DNA of 63,871 bases, counting the filler, from Reclinomonas americana ATCC 50394 (lineage: Eukaryota), in assembly GCA_048213135.1 (NCBI GenBank). It is 35 parts of 35 records of this genome, joined end to end, with 100 filler letters (N's around TTAATTAATTAA, not from the genome) between each part and the next. Parts side by side here need not be neighbours in the genome. Positions count along the whole stretch, not along the records: positions 49,453 to 51,265 come from AFZH01025187.1; positions 51,366 to 53,175 come from AFZH01025188.1; positions 53,276 to 55,083 come from AFZH01025189.1; positions 55,184 to 56,987 come from AFZH01025190.1; positions 57,088 to 58,887 come from AFZH01025191.1; positions 58,988 to 60,790 come from AFZH01025192.1; positions 60,891 to 62,690 come from AFZH01025193.1; 28 more parts are not named here. One strand, written 5' to 3'. The first letter of the stretch is position 1; each line of letters begins with the position of its first letter. This document shows, piece by piece, positions 49,555-62,690 of this stretch. The position numbers were made by a program, and so were the translations under genes. Under the pieces are notes generated by a model. It saw only the letters and a program-made list of their open reading frames with translations. It did not search any database and was not told where the DNA came from.

Positions 49555-51230
49555 GTCAGTCGCCGCTCTCGCTGCGCAGCACGCCATCGATGAGCGCCCG
49601 GCCCCTGATCGCACTGGCTGCCGCCAGCTTCTTGTCCGTCGTGTCGTTCAAGTACAACTTGCTCAGTTTGTCCAGCGTCTCCGGGCTGTCCTCTGCAGCG
49701 GCACTGGAGATGCTGCGATTCAGCTGCGCCAGCGTCCACTCCTGCGATCCAGACCTGCGAGACGAATCATGAACACAAAAGGCCGTAGAACCAGCCAGCG
49801 AACGGAGCAGTGGAGCGCAACATGCGGCGTCCTCCTGACGACGAACGCGGACGCGATGCCGGCGGCGTCACGATCCGGGCGCCAAAGCCACCACCCGCGG
49901 GCGGAAGGACGGCAAGACCACGCTGACTCGGCGACAGGAGAGTTTGCATGGCGGCCGACGGCGAGGTCACTGTGGTTGAAGAGGCGGCAGCGTCAGGCGA
50001 TTGAACGGCCGCTGGCCACGACTTGCCGTGCTGTGGTGACATGGGCGGCGAAGTGGGGCCGGGTGCTGGCAGACTCGGCAGCTGCGAAATGGTGGCCCCC
50101 GCACTGCCGGAAACCTCACCCGTGTACAACTTGAGCATGCGCTCCTTGCGCAAAGGAGCACCGGCATCTCGACGCTCCGTGGACGGCAGTGGTCGCCCAA
50201 CGGCTCGCGGCAGTGAGAGATGTGCTTCCGGGGGCGGAGCAGGCACCGCGGTGGGCGTCGTGGGATGGGGGGACGACTTGTGTGGTGTCAGCGGACTCTC
50301 GTCGACGGGAATAGAAACAGGCTGGGGAACAGGCTTCGGTCGACGGACACGTCGTGAGGCGGCGCTACTCCGTCGACTTGGCATGACGGAGCCGGCAACC
50401 GAGGTGGGCGGTGAAGCGTACGCAGACGAGGCCGATGCCGACGGCGGTGACGACAACAACTCACCCACCTCTGGCTTATGTGACTTCCCATCACGACGTA
50501 TGCTCTGCCGACTGGCCATGGGACGGCGTTGCTGATGAAAGTCTCCGGAAGAGGCCAGTGCGGGACCAACATAGTTCGGCCAGTCGCCATTCAGCGGGTC
50601 CACCGTCGATGACGCGTACGCTGGGAAATCAAAGACGGAGTAGGAAAACGATGCGCCCCGCCGGCTCGGTGCGACACGGGCGTTGCGCGCGCGTCCATCG
50701 GTGACCGAGGTGACTGCTGGTACCAGCACCGTACGAGGGGCGACCGCTGTACATACATGAGCAGCAGGGCAAGCAGGTGACAACAATCGCGTGCACACTC
50801 AACGACGAGGCTTGACCACAGGCGACGGCAGCAACACTGGACGCGGTGCAACTTCCGCACTGGTCTGCAGTTGTGGTACAGTAAAGAGAGGCGCAGGGAC
50901 ATGCGAGTGCAAGTCTGCAACGGAGTGCGAGTGAGAGTGATGGATAAGAGAAGCAGATAATGCACTGCCAGGTACCAGGCGACGGGGAACGACGGAGTCT
51001 TGGAGAGATGCTGATGGGTGTCGACGGGCGTGGATCGTACGGAGGACTTGCCGCTCGCATGACCGGTGTCGACGCCCGCATCTACGTGTGCCGGCGCACA
51101 CGCTGTCATACCGATGGACTCACACAACTGCACGAATACAAGAAACGAAACTGGCGACACAGCACGAGTCACAGGTGGCGGTATGCTGACACCAAGAGTA
51201 ACAATGTCACCCAGATTAGTGCCAAATGAT
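49555..51230 (-). CDS. Uncharacterised Ser/Pro-rich multi-exon protein, 3' part
   Basis: Long open frame 49767-50798 plus flanking exon-like segments. No domain recognised. Confidence 0.4.
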
Positions 51231-52227
51231 ACGGCAACTTTGGTGGCCGCATCTGAAGAGTAGTANNNNNNNNNNNNNNNNNNNNNNNNNNNNNNNNNNN
51301 NNNNNNNNNTTAATTAATTAANNNNNNNNNNNNNNNNNNNNNNNNNNNNNNNNNNNNNNNNNNNNCCTGGCGTCGCCGACATGGATCGCTTGAGCTGCAA
51401 AAACGACGGGATCTGTTCATCCGCCTGCGGTGTTCCACTGCGCACATGACGACCCCAGTGAGAAGGAGGATGAAGGAGAAGAAGACTACCGCGGTGGCAC
51501 GCAACGACCCGGCCAAGCTCTCCCCCTGTGAACGAGGAAAAGGAAACATGAGCGAATATCGACATGACAGTGCATTCACACACACGCACCGTGTGCAGCA
51601 CCGCCGCGTTCAGTGTATCTCTAATGATGCGCCTGGCACGTGTGGGCGGCGATCCTGACCCAGCCGCGGCCGACGCCCCGACAGTGGTGGACACCACCAC
51701 CGATGGTGCTCCCCGCACAGGCGACCCTGAACGCGGTGACCTGTTGCCCGTGGGAGTGCGCATGCCACCTCCTGCTCCACCACCATTGCCAGCAGCGCTG
51801 GGTGTGAGCAGCGAGGAGATGGCCGACGAGGAAGTCGAGGACGAGAGTGAGGATGAGGATGAGGATGGCGAAACACCACGTCCACCCGCAGGTGCTCCAC
51901 CTCTCCCACTGCCAGGAGGTGCAGGAGCAGCAGCGCCACCAGCAGCAGCAGTTCTGCATGCGCACGGATACACACACACACGTGTGAGTAAACATGCATG
52001 CTATTCTCGTGTGTGCATGATGATTCAGACACTCAACGGTGCAGGGCTGCCGCCACCGTCTGTTGGCACGTAGGTGCGCCGGAAGTCACTCATGTGGCCT
52101 TGCGCGCGTGTCTCACTGCGTGCTGTTCGTAAACACGGTAGTCCTGCGCTGTGCATGAGTGACTTCGCGCGCATTTTCATTCTTCGACATCATGACATGC
52201 CGACGCTGCCATCATGACACATGCGTT

Positions 52228-53140
52228 TCAACGGCGATGGTGGCGGTCGCGGTCGCGGTCCCGATCCCGATCTCGATCACGGTCACGGTCACGGTGGTGC
52301 TCTCGTTCACGGGAGCGTGATCGGGAGCGATCGCGACGTGGCTTCTTGGTATCGCGTTCGGCACGATCGCGATCGCGTGGTGGTGATCGGTGATCGCGAT
52401 GGCGGCGTCGATCTTCGTCGTCGTCACGACTGCGAAAAGCGGCAGGCAACGCATCAGGCAGAGTCAAAGGAGGTGGTGGAAGGAAGGAGGGAAAGGATTC
52501 GCAACTCTCGTTTGCGTTCCTGAGCAGGCGACTGGCTTCGTCGACGCCTGTCGTGACGTCGCCGCTCCACAAGATCCTTCTCGTCAAACACCATGTCATA
52601 CCTGTGAAAGATTGGCGTGAGGAAGCGAAGTCGGAAAGGAGAAGGACAAGGGGAAGCAACTTGGCGCCGCCGAGCTGTCGCACTGGACCGCCGCCGCCAC
52701 CACCACGGGGTCCTCCTCGCCCGCCCGACCGTCCCGGCTTGTCGTCTGCATCGCATGGCAGAGGTGAGGGGGACAGACAAGAACGGCGATCAGCAACACA
52801 TCGTCAGCGAACCAAAGTCCCCAGAACTGGTCTGCATGCCACGGCGATACTTGCCCCACAGCTGCGCACGCACGCACAGTAAGCACCGCACGTACGCTGT
52901 ACCACGTACCACCTCGGAGAGCACAGACCTTGGACACAGACTGACTGAAATCGACGTGCACTCGCCTACACCCAACAGCACGGTAAGGGCGAGAAGTGGA
53001 ATATCAATGCAGCATCTGTGCGTCGCACTCACCGATCGTCGATCAAGCAGTTGTCCATCTTGAAGTATGCCTGTTCGCACTGCTCCGGCGTGTCAAACTC
53101 CACAAACCCGTAGCAGAGAGACTCGCCATTGAATGTATCC
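52228..53140 (-). CDS. PPIL4: Cyclophilin-RRM protein PPIL4/CYP59, C-terminal part
   Basis: Spliced [39 protein letters not shown] and YDMVFD, followed by an RS/RD-rich tail. Confidence 0.9.
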
Positions 53141-53275
53141 TGCACACAACAGTTGGGTACACGTTTCTCCCCCCGNNNNNNNNNNNNNNNNNNNNNNNNN
53201 NNNNNNNNNNNNNNNNNNNTTAATTAATTAANNNNNNNNNNNNNNNNNNNNNNNNNNNNNNNNNNNNNNNNNNNN

Positions 53276-54992
53276 AGAGAAGCACAAACGTAAGCAAGCA
53301 GTCGCAAGAGAGAGAAATGAGAGCACATTAAACACACCTTGCGAATGACAAGAGTGTCGCGAGAGCCGCAGCACGAAAACATCCACTTGAAGAACCAGCC
53401 GACCGGCAAGATGAGGTCGAGCACCTTCATGAAGGTGGACGGCGGTCCGTTCTGGTAAGTGGTGTCGCGAACCATGGCCTGGCCCAACACACGCGCGTAC
53501 AGTTGGCGCAGCTGCGATTCGTTGTAGCCCTGGTCGTTCTCGCGGAGCGGCAGCTTCGACACGAGGCTGCGGACCTTCTTCTGCACTTCGGTAATCATGC
53601 AGCGGTCGTGCTTGTCGTTGAGGTCGTAGCCGAGAGTGTACGAGCCGAAGTCGAAGCCGAACGGGTGCGGACGCAGACCCTGGCGACGAGCCTGACCGTC
53701 GGGCAGCATCTCGTCGAGCCACGCGTCCTTGTGGCGCTCGTCGACAACCGGAATCAGCTCGGGGTGCTCACCGGGGCGGCCCGAGCGAGCATTGGGGATC
53801 AGCGGGCGGCGCTGACCGTCGTTGGTGTTGCCGTCCATGTCGGGATTCGGCCAGTACTCGACAGCACTGTCCTCCGACTCGCGGGCAAAGTACCGCGCCG
53901 CAATTGCATTCATGCGTTTGCGATGCGCGCAAGTGCAAGCACAGCAGGTGATGAGGATGCCGATGACCAGGAACAACACCGCCACGCCACCGGCCACGAG
54001 GGCCGACTGAGCGTCGAGTGTGTTACCGAGCACACGATTGCCGGCATTCGGATCTGCGTGTCACATCATGATGTCAGCAAGTGGCGGTGGAGGAGAGGGA
54101 GAGGGAGAGAGTGGGACAGCTCACCGTCGGGAATACAGTCGACCTTCAGCGAGTCGATCTTGAACAGCGCTTGGCCCTGAGTGACGAGGCGAATGCACAG
54201 CGCCACCTTGGCGTACGTGCCGGACGAGAACGATGCCGAGTACGTGCCGTAGGCACCGACCGACGTGACCGTCATCGACTGGAACTCGGACGGGCGATCA
54301 GAGCACACGGCGGCGGTGTTGAAGTCGCCAGGCGAGTAGCCAATCGTCATGACTGAGGCGTCGAGGTTGGTGATGTTGAAGCCAGTGGTGGGCGTGGTGA
54401 CGGTCGTGTTGAGCGACGGGTTGTAGGGAACGCCGACGCGCTGCGCCGACACCGACAGCGTGAACTTGCCCTTGACCGCGGCCTGCATAATGACCACACG
54501 CGAGGAATCGCCACGCGCGGAAGCATACGCGAGGAGTTCTCCGCCCTTGGCCACCCAAGCGTACTTGCCAGTCGAGAAACCGTCATACTGCGAGTCCCAC
54601 GTCGGCAACGAGTTGAAATCGTTGCTGTAGCCACCATCGCAGAGCGCACGAGTCGAGAAGCGAGTCGCAGGCGTTGTCGCGAGCGATGTCGACGCGTCCG
54701 TGTGCAACGAGCGTGGCTCAACGGCAGAATCGACCGCCAATGTCGGCAGAGTCTCGGCGGCCGAGCTGGCCACTGGCGCCACCGCAACCTCGGCTGCTGT
54801 GGGCACAATGACCTCTATTGTTGTTGCTGGTGTTGTTGCAACGGTTGATGATGATGATGTTGTTGTTGTTGTTGGTGCTTCTGTCGGCACGTGTGGCACC
54901 TCCTCCGATGCTGCGGCAACGGTGGCCAGCACCACCAGAATGAGCACGCAGATCGCGGCCAGTGCGCGACGTTGCTCCTTTTTCTGCAGCAT
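53276..54992 (-). CDS. Predicted signal-peptide, single-pass membrane protein, 3'-partial
   Basis: N-terminal hydrophobic leader, Thr-rich stalk, beta-rich ectodomain and TM segment ALVAGGVAVLFLVIGILITCCAC; intron at ~54060-54125. Confidence 0.65.
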
Positions 54993-55183
54993 TCTTCACT
55001 GCTGCTGGTGGTCTGCGTGTGTCGAAGCACAGAGCATGAGTAAACAAAGAAGAACAAGTCGTCGCGAACGCGTGCCATGCACGNNNNNNNNNNNNNNNNN
55101 NNNNNNNNNNNNNNNNNNNNNNNNNNNTTAATTAATTAANNNNNNNNNNNNNNNNNNNNNNNNNNNNNNNNNNNNNNNNNNNN

Positions 55184-56987
55184 GTTCGCCGACAGCCCGA
55201 TATTCGTCGGCGCCACATTGCCTACAACACACGGCAGAGTCAGCTGACTGCATCGTGATTCACAAACACAAGCTGCGGCACGCACTCTCGTTGAACGTCA
55301 GTGTCTTGCTCACGCTGCCGCCGTGTCCGTCGTCCGACGTGATCGTCACTTGCACACCGTTGCCAGACAGGCCGCCACCACCCACATTCGCCACCAGTTG
55401 AGAGCCACTCACACTGAACTTGCCGCTGTCGGCACCGCCGCTGATCGTGTACGTCGGCGTCTGGCAGCAGTTGGCATCCACCGTCGACAGCGTGCAAATC
55501 ACACTTCCCAGTGTGGCCGGCGGCACATATGTAGTCGAGCTGCAGTTGATGTTGGTCGGCGCAACGTTGGCTGCGCGCATATCACAGCAGGTCAGTTGGT
55601 TGTGTGTGACACAGGGAGAAGAATGATTCCCTTTCCATTTCTCTCTTCCTCTCTCCTCCTCACCTTCATCAATCACAAAAGTCCGATCAAACGTCTGACT
55701 CGTGCTATCCGTCACTCGCACCGTCACCGTCAGGCTGTTGCCTGTCTGGCCGGCGTTGCGTAGCACCAGATTGTTGCCGCCTGCAATGTTGAACAGCGCG
55801 GCATTGGCGCCGCCTTGCACACTGAACGTGAATGTGTCGCCCACATTGGGATCCACGCCGCTCAGCACGCCCACGACCGTGTTCGCTGCCGCCGTCGGTG
55901 GCACGTACGTCACCGACGTGATCAAGATATTGGTGGGTGGTTGAGGCGCTGTGTGCGTGCGCATGCACGTAGAGTGTCAGGCAATGCAGAAGGCAACTCA
56001 GACGAAAGGGAGGACGCAACTGTCGGTGATGGTGAATGTTTTCTCGAAGAACAGCGCCCCGGTGCCGTCATCGGTCGTGCGAATCACCACTTGCCATCCT
56101 GTGCCGACCTGTCCGTTGGCTGTGATGCGCAACTGGTTGCCAGAGATGTTGAAAAGAGCGGCGTTGACGCCGCCGGTGATGGTGTAGGTGAACGACTGGC
56201 AGCAGTTGACATCGGTGGTGGACAGCGTGCCGATCACAGTGTTGGCCATTGTCGTTGGCGGGCTGTACGATGTTGACGAGAGTGAAACGTCCGTCGGTGC
56301 AACGTTCACTGCGAAACGCGCAGTGAGCAGAGATGGCGACCGTAAGTTATCACGAGGCAGGAAACGTACCTTCGCTGAACAGGAACGTCTTGTTGAAAGT
56401 TCCACCGTGCAAGTCGTCGGTCTTCACAGTGACTTGCAAGTTGTTGCCGGTGAGATTGGCAACGGCGCTGCGCAGCTGGTTGCCGTTCACCTCGAACTTG
56501 GCCTGATCCGCGCCACCGATAATCGTGTACACTGGCGACTGGCAACAGTTGACATCCGCAGTAGTCAGCGTGGCCAACACGCCGTGCAACCCGGTGTGCG
56601 GTGTATACAGCAGCGTAGACGGAGTGATGTCAGTCGGTGCCACATTGGCTGTCAACCGACAAGCGAAACTTTAGCGCACGTGTCCAAGCAATCAATCTCA
56701 AGAACGTGCTCAACAAACCTTCGTCAATGGTGAACAATTTGGTGAAAGCAAGACCGCCACTGTCAGTGACGCGAATCTGCACTTGCAATCCGTTGCCCGT
56801 CTGACCAGCAGATGTGAGCTGCAGTTGCGCACCCGAAATGTTGAATAGGGCCGCACTGGCGCCGCCCACGATCGCAAATGTCGCAGTGTCACCAGTATTA
56901 TTGTCAACCATCGCCAGTGTGCCCACAACGCTGTTGGCAGCCGCTGTGGGTGGCGTGTACGTGCTCGAGGATAGAGTGATGTCGGTC
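55184..56987 (-). CDS. Cadherin-like repeat protein, internal fragment 2, one repeat per exon
   Basis: Exons ..56719, 56648-56370, 56308-56021, 55948-55664, 55570-55286 and 55221..; all introns are phase-1 GT-AG. Same consensus as 25111-26944. Confidence 0.85.
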
Positions 56988-57100
56988 NNNNNNNNNNNNN
57001 NNNNNNNNNNNNNNNNNNNNNNNNNNNNNNNTTAATTAATTAANNNNNNNNNNNNNNNNNNNNNNNNNNNNNNNNNNNNNNNNNNNNTTATAATGAGAAC

Positions 57101-57488
57101 AATAGTTCATATTTAAAAAACTCATCATCGAAGAAACAAACACATGATCAAACCAGAGAAAAAGATGGAAAGAAATAAAATGGGAACAGGAATGACAGCT
57201 TCCATTATTCAACATCTGCATGAAATCCATGCTCTTTGTAAAAGGGCCAGAATCAAACCAAGAGAATGACTGGTCATGTGGCGAAGGAGGTTTGTATTGT
57301 TGTTAATAGTTCTTTTATTATTATTATAATAATATTTCATATATAACAACTCATCATCGGGGAAACAAACACATGATCAAACCAGAAAAAACGATGGAAA
57401 GAAAAACAATGAGGACAGAAATGACAGCTTCTGTTAATCAACATCTGCATGAAATCCATTCTCTTTGTAAGTGCCAGAATCAAACCAA
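57101..57488. repeat. Diverged ~160-nt direct duplication
   Basis: actcatcatcg..aaacaaacacatgatcaaaccag...caacatctgcatgaaatccat...gccagaatcaaacca at ~57101-57260 and ~57331-57488. Confidence 0.85.
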
Positions 57489-58612
57489 AAACAAACGTAA
57501 CAGAGATAACGATTTCTTTTCAGATTTCACCGTCACGAAATCAAGTACAGAACGAGTCACAAATTCTCCTACAATAAGGCAGCCACAGTCATTTCATACT
57601 TTTTTGGCACTGAAAACGTGATTTCTTGGCTTCAAAGTGTTCACTCAGCGTGGTGATCACCAGGTAACATTGGCGCAAACACACACGCGAGGAACCTGCT
57701 GCGGCCTAAAGACTGGTGCCTGTGTTGATGATTTGGATATGGTTGAAATCGGCCATCAACGCGGCTGATGCTTGTTTGTTGGTGAATGAATTTGTTGTTG
57801 GAATAGAAAAAATACTGGTCAATGTGCTACTCAAACACGCATCAAATCGTTCTGTTTTGTTGTCTGCGAAATTGTGCACCATCAACTGCTAAGATACTTG
57901 AAAACAGGGGAGTTGGAAAGGAAACTATACACCAGAATGATGTGGACACGGAGAGCAGCGGAAACGTACATCGACATGTTTGAAAAAAACAATAGTCAAG
58001 GAACAGAGCATCAAAGACTGGAACTGATGCAACAGAGTGACGAGCGAGACGACAATAAGCAGCAAACAGGTACTCAAAAGTAAAATCTATAGCCAGGAAA
58101 GAAACCGGACATGGAACAAACCGAACGAATCAATACCGGACGAATGGGTCTCCACATACATCAAATCGTCATGACAAACACAGAATCTCGAAGCACGTGC
58201 ATTTCTGCAAAGGATTTCAACATCAGCAACGGACGGTAGAAAACACGAGAAAGCACCAGGAGGAGACACAATGGCAGCTGCTCATCGACCACGGAAACAA
58301 ATGACAAGGCCGAACAAGGGCACAAAAACTCACGCAACTACACAAAATACAATCAACTGCATCACGCAAACAGAAAATGAGCACAACGAGAAAAACATGA
58401 GCAGAACAGAACAGACTTTATTCCTAGGATTACGAGAGGAGAGATTGTCGCGTCAAAGAGAAGTCTCTCTCTGTCTAGGCCGACGTTGCCACAGCAAAAA
58501 ACAACCGCTCATCATCAAGCACCTTCTCCGATCCACTCCAATACGCCGCCAAGTGCGATGGATTTCGAAAGTGTGGATCGACTCCCGTAGAGTGAAAACT
58601 TGTTTTTTTTTT

Positions 58613-58881
<269 letters not shown>

Positions 58882-58987
58882 CAGCAGNNNNNNNNNNNNN
58901 NNNNNNNNNNNNNNNNNNNNNNNNNNNNNNNTTAATTAATTAANNNNNNNNNNNNNNNNNNNNNNNNNNNNNNNNNNNNNNNNNNNN

Positions 58988-60790
58988 CTGGCCAACGCCA
59001 CTGTGAGCGTGGCCAGTGTCAGCTCGGATCGCACCAGCGCCGCCGTCAATGTCACCACGACTGGTGCGGCTGGCGGCTCGTATCAGCTGTGTGCTCGACT
59101 GGACAGCAACTCGCCGTACTTTGCGGTGGGTTCGCTGAGCGTGGCGTCGGTGACGCCGTTTGCTAGCCCGGTGGTGCTGCCAGTGGGTGCGGCCGGCACA
59201 TCGGCTTCGGTCACACTGAATGGCACTGGTCTGCCGAGCAATGTGGTGCAGAACGCAAGCGCCTTTGTGTTGGCCGACTCGTGCCAGCCGCTGACCGGTG
59301 TGGACACGGCGACCACGGTGCAGGCGACGAGTGCCAGCAGCACGCAGATTCAGCTGTCGGTGACGTTCTCGGCTGCCAGCACTGGCGGCTCGAAGCGTCT
59401 GTGCGCACAGTGGACGGCGGGTGCTGGTGAGGCGTATGTGGATTTGGGTGCAGTGTCGCTGCCGCAGCTGACTGGCGTGGTGACGCCGAGCGCGCTGACG
59501 GCGACGACGACGGCGCCACTGCAAGTGGGCGGTGTCGGCCTGACGACGCCGACTGATGTGCGTTTGTCGACGGCAGCATGCGACAGTGCGACGCCACCGG
59601 CGGCGTTTGGCAGCACGACGGTGTCGAGCAGCAGTGCAACTGGCATCAGCCTGAGCACGACTAACTCGGGACCGGCGGGCACAGTGGCGCACTGTGTGTG
59701 TGCAGTATGTGCAAGGCGGCGCGTACGTGTCGGCGGGTGACGTGACGGTTGGCGGTGTGTCGTCGGTGAATGTGCCGGCGGTGGTCGCCGGCAGCTCGCA
59801 GACTGTGGCGGTGAGCGGTGTTTCGCTGGCCAACGTCTCTGGCGTGAGTGCACCGTATGTGGTGGTGGCCGGCACGACGTGCGGCTCGTCGACCACGGTG
59901 ACGCCGGTGGCGGGTGTGACGGTCACGGTTGACACGTCGCAGCAGAGCTCGACGTCGCAGGTGCTGACGGTGAGCGCGACGGCGGGTGCGGCGAGTGGTC
60001 CGGCCGTGTTGTGCTACCGATTGGCGAACGGCTCGACGTATGCCACGGGTCCGAGCATTAGCATTGTGGGTGCGACATCGGCGCCGACTCCGTCGACGGT
60101 GGTGTCTGGCAGCACGAATGTGGCTGGCAGTGTGAACGGTGCCGGCTTTGTGGCTGGATCGAGCCTGGTGATTGCGGCGGCTCCGTGCTCGCTGCTGTCG
60201 GTGTCGAGTCCGCAGGGTGCTGATGGCGCCAGCGTCGATGTGACGGTGACGAGCAGCACGCAGCTGACGCTGTCGGTGTCGGCGGTGGGAACTGCCGGTG
60301 GTGTGTACGACTACTGCTATCGCGCGTCGAGCAGTGCTTCGTTCGCCTCGCTGGGACAGGTGCGCGTTGTGCAGCTGCTGGGTACGTCGCCGTCGGTGGT
60401 GCCGATTGGCGCCACGTCTACGGTGACGCTGGCGGCTGTCGGACTGGCGACGAGTGGCAACACGTTCCGCCTGTCGGGCGACAGCAGCTCGTGTGCCAAC
60501 GTCGGCACGTCGGGTGTGGCTGTGGCGGCGACGGTGGCGATGGACGGTCGGTCAGCGGCGCTGAGTGTGGACACGAGCGGCAGTGGCGTGAGCGGTGGTC
60601 TGCGTGCGCTGTGCGTGCAGTTGGCCGGCAGCAGCACGTACACGTCGATTGGCCAGGTGTCGGTGGCGGCGGTGGCGTCTGTGTCGCCGACGACGCTGGC
60701 GCGCGCCGGTGGACAGCAGTCGCTGTTGGTGAACGGCAGTGGATTGCCGGCCAGTGGCGACAGTGTGACGGTGGTGTTGCGCAGCGGCAG
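58988..60790 (+). CDS. Ser/Thr/Val/Gly-rich IPT/TIG-like repeat surface protein, internal fragment, frameshift near 59690
   Basis: Repeats of about 100 aa ending in YQLCAR, RLCAQ, VCVQY, VLCYR, DYCYR and ALCVQ. Two frames (59003-59740 and 59694 onward) overlap at a (TG)5 tract. Confidence 0.75.
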
Positions 60791-61492
60791 NNNNNNNNNN
60801 NNNNNNNNNNNNNNNNNNNNNNNNNNNNNNNNNNTTAATTAATTAANNNNNNNNNNNNNNNNNNNNNNNNNNNNNNNNNNNNNNNNNNNNGCTGTCCATC
60901 TGTGTGTGAGTGTGCACCCGAGTTCGAGAGTCAGTGTGAGAGAGTGTGTGAGAGAGGAGTCGGAACACCAACATCAAGCAACGACAACTGATGCACAACA
61001 TCGAGATTGAGCGTGCGCGCCCACGCTCGCACAGGGTCCAGTGTGAGCACCTGATAGGGGTCCTTGCGAGGCGCGTGGTTGGGCCCGCGAGTGATCAGCG
61101 AGTCAAGTGCCACGAGAACACCCTGTGAGCGAGACAGAGAGAGTGAGAGGAGAGTGTGAGAGAGGAGTGCGTGCAACCCAACGCACTTGATAGTCTCGCG
61201 GCCCCGAGTAGAGGGCGGGCTGAAGGGTGGCAGTGGTGGTGGACATGAGACGCCGAAACATGCGTGTGACTCGGTGTGCGCGCGACTTGGTCGACGACGA
61301 CGATTGACGAAACCCGGCAATCCTGTCGCGAACGTCGACTGCCCGTGCCACTCCATCATTGAAAAAGCACAGCTTCAGAGGCATAGCAGAAAGAAGGCGA
61401 GCTGGCAATCACCCAGAGCATCAACAAAGAGTGGCACGAGACGTCGACGGCGAGGCAGGACCGATTTCTTTCTCCTCCTATCCCTCAATCAC

Positions 61493-62690
61493 ATGCGCAT
61501 TCAAGTGCACTACGCAGGCGACTCGTCGCGCGACGGCTCGCTGGACGAGGTCGACACCGGCTCTTGCACACTGGACGCGCTGATCGACTGGGTGCACGAG
61601 GAGAGCAGTGGTGCGCCACGGCCACACCTCGTGCAACTCGTGGATGCATCCTCGCCGGCATCGGCCATTGTGCGTGCGCAGTGGCGACCAGCGCGAGTCG
61701 GTCACCTCACACTGGCCGATCTGGGATTGGACGACAGCGGCGAGGGTGCGACGGCGCATTTGCGATTTGTGTGCAGTGATGAGGCATCATCATTGTCGAC
61801 CACGACAACGACGACTGCAGCTGCTCCTGCTCCCGCAGCTGATGCTGCTGGATCGTCGTCCACGAACCCCACACTGACGCTGACGCCGATCGGGTACGCG
61901 CACACGCCGTACGTTCAGCGCGCCGATGCGCCACGTCAGCCGGCGGCAGCCGAGGGCGTTCGTGGCACGATCGAGTTGCTGCCTGGCCACAACTACCATC
62001 ACGCGCTGTGCGACTTGGACGGCTGGCAGTACATCTGGGTGCTCTTCTGGTTCCACCTGAACCAGGGCTGGAGGCCGAAAGTGTTGCCACCGCGCACGGG
62101 CGAGTGGCACGTGCGACGCGGCGTCTTCTCCACCCGCTCACCGTACCGGCCCAACCCGCTTGGGCTGAGCGTGGTGCGACTGGAGCGCGTCGAGGGCCTC
62201 ACGCTGCACGTGATCAATGTGGATCTGCTGGACGGCACGCCCATTCTCGACATCAAGCCGTACGTGCCGTACACGGATGCGATTGTGGTGGAGCAGGCGG
62301 CGTCGTGGCTGGAGGCCGGAGCCGGTGATCTGGAGCGCGCGGTGCCGCGCGATCCGCGCCCCGCCTACCACGTCGAGTGGAGCGAGGAGGCACTGGAGCG
62401 GCTGGAGTGGCTGCGTGCGCACTCGGAGCTGGTGTCGATCAGCAAGACCATCACCGCCGAGCAGCTGCAAGAGCGCGTGAATGCGCAACTGGGCCTCGGA
62501 CCACACACCAACCCGTACCGCCGCATCAAGCAAGTACCGCGTGACGAGAGCGCGCCGGACGGCGAAAAGGAGCCGGAGCTGGCCATCAAGGAGTGGCGCG
62601 TGCGCTTCTCCTTCTCGACCGCCGCCGTACTAGTGCGCACCGTTCTATCGGGATACCGCCCCAGCGCGCTCCGCGTTCGCCCGCCCGCCC
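61493..62690 (+). CDS. trmO: tRNA m6t6A37 methyltransferase TrmO (TsaA/YaeB) with N-terminal extension, 3'-partial
   Basis: Motifs LTPIG, APRQP, IWVLFWFH, V.PPR, RGVFSTRSPYRPNPLGLS, DLLDGTPILDIKPY and DPRPAY. Confidence 0.93.

Noticed and set aside
57600..58600. Possible gene or retroelement next to the candidate telomere
   Set aside because: Only short ORFs, with no reverse transcriptase or other recognisable motif.
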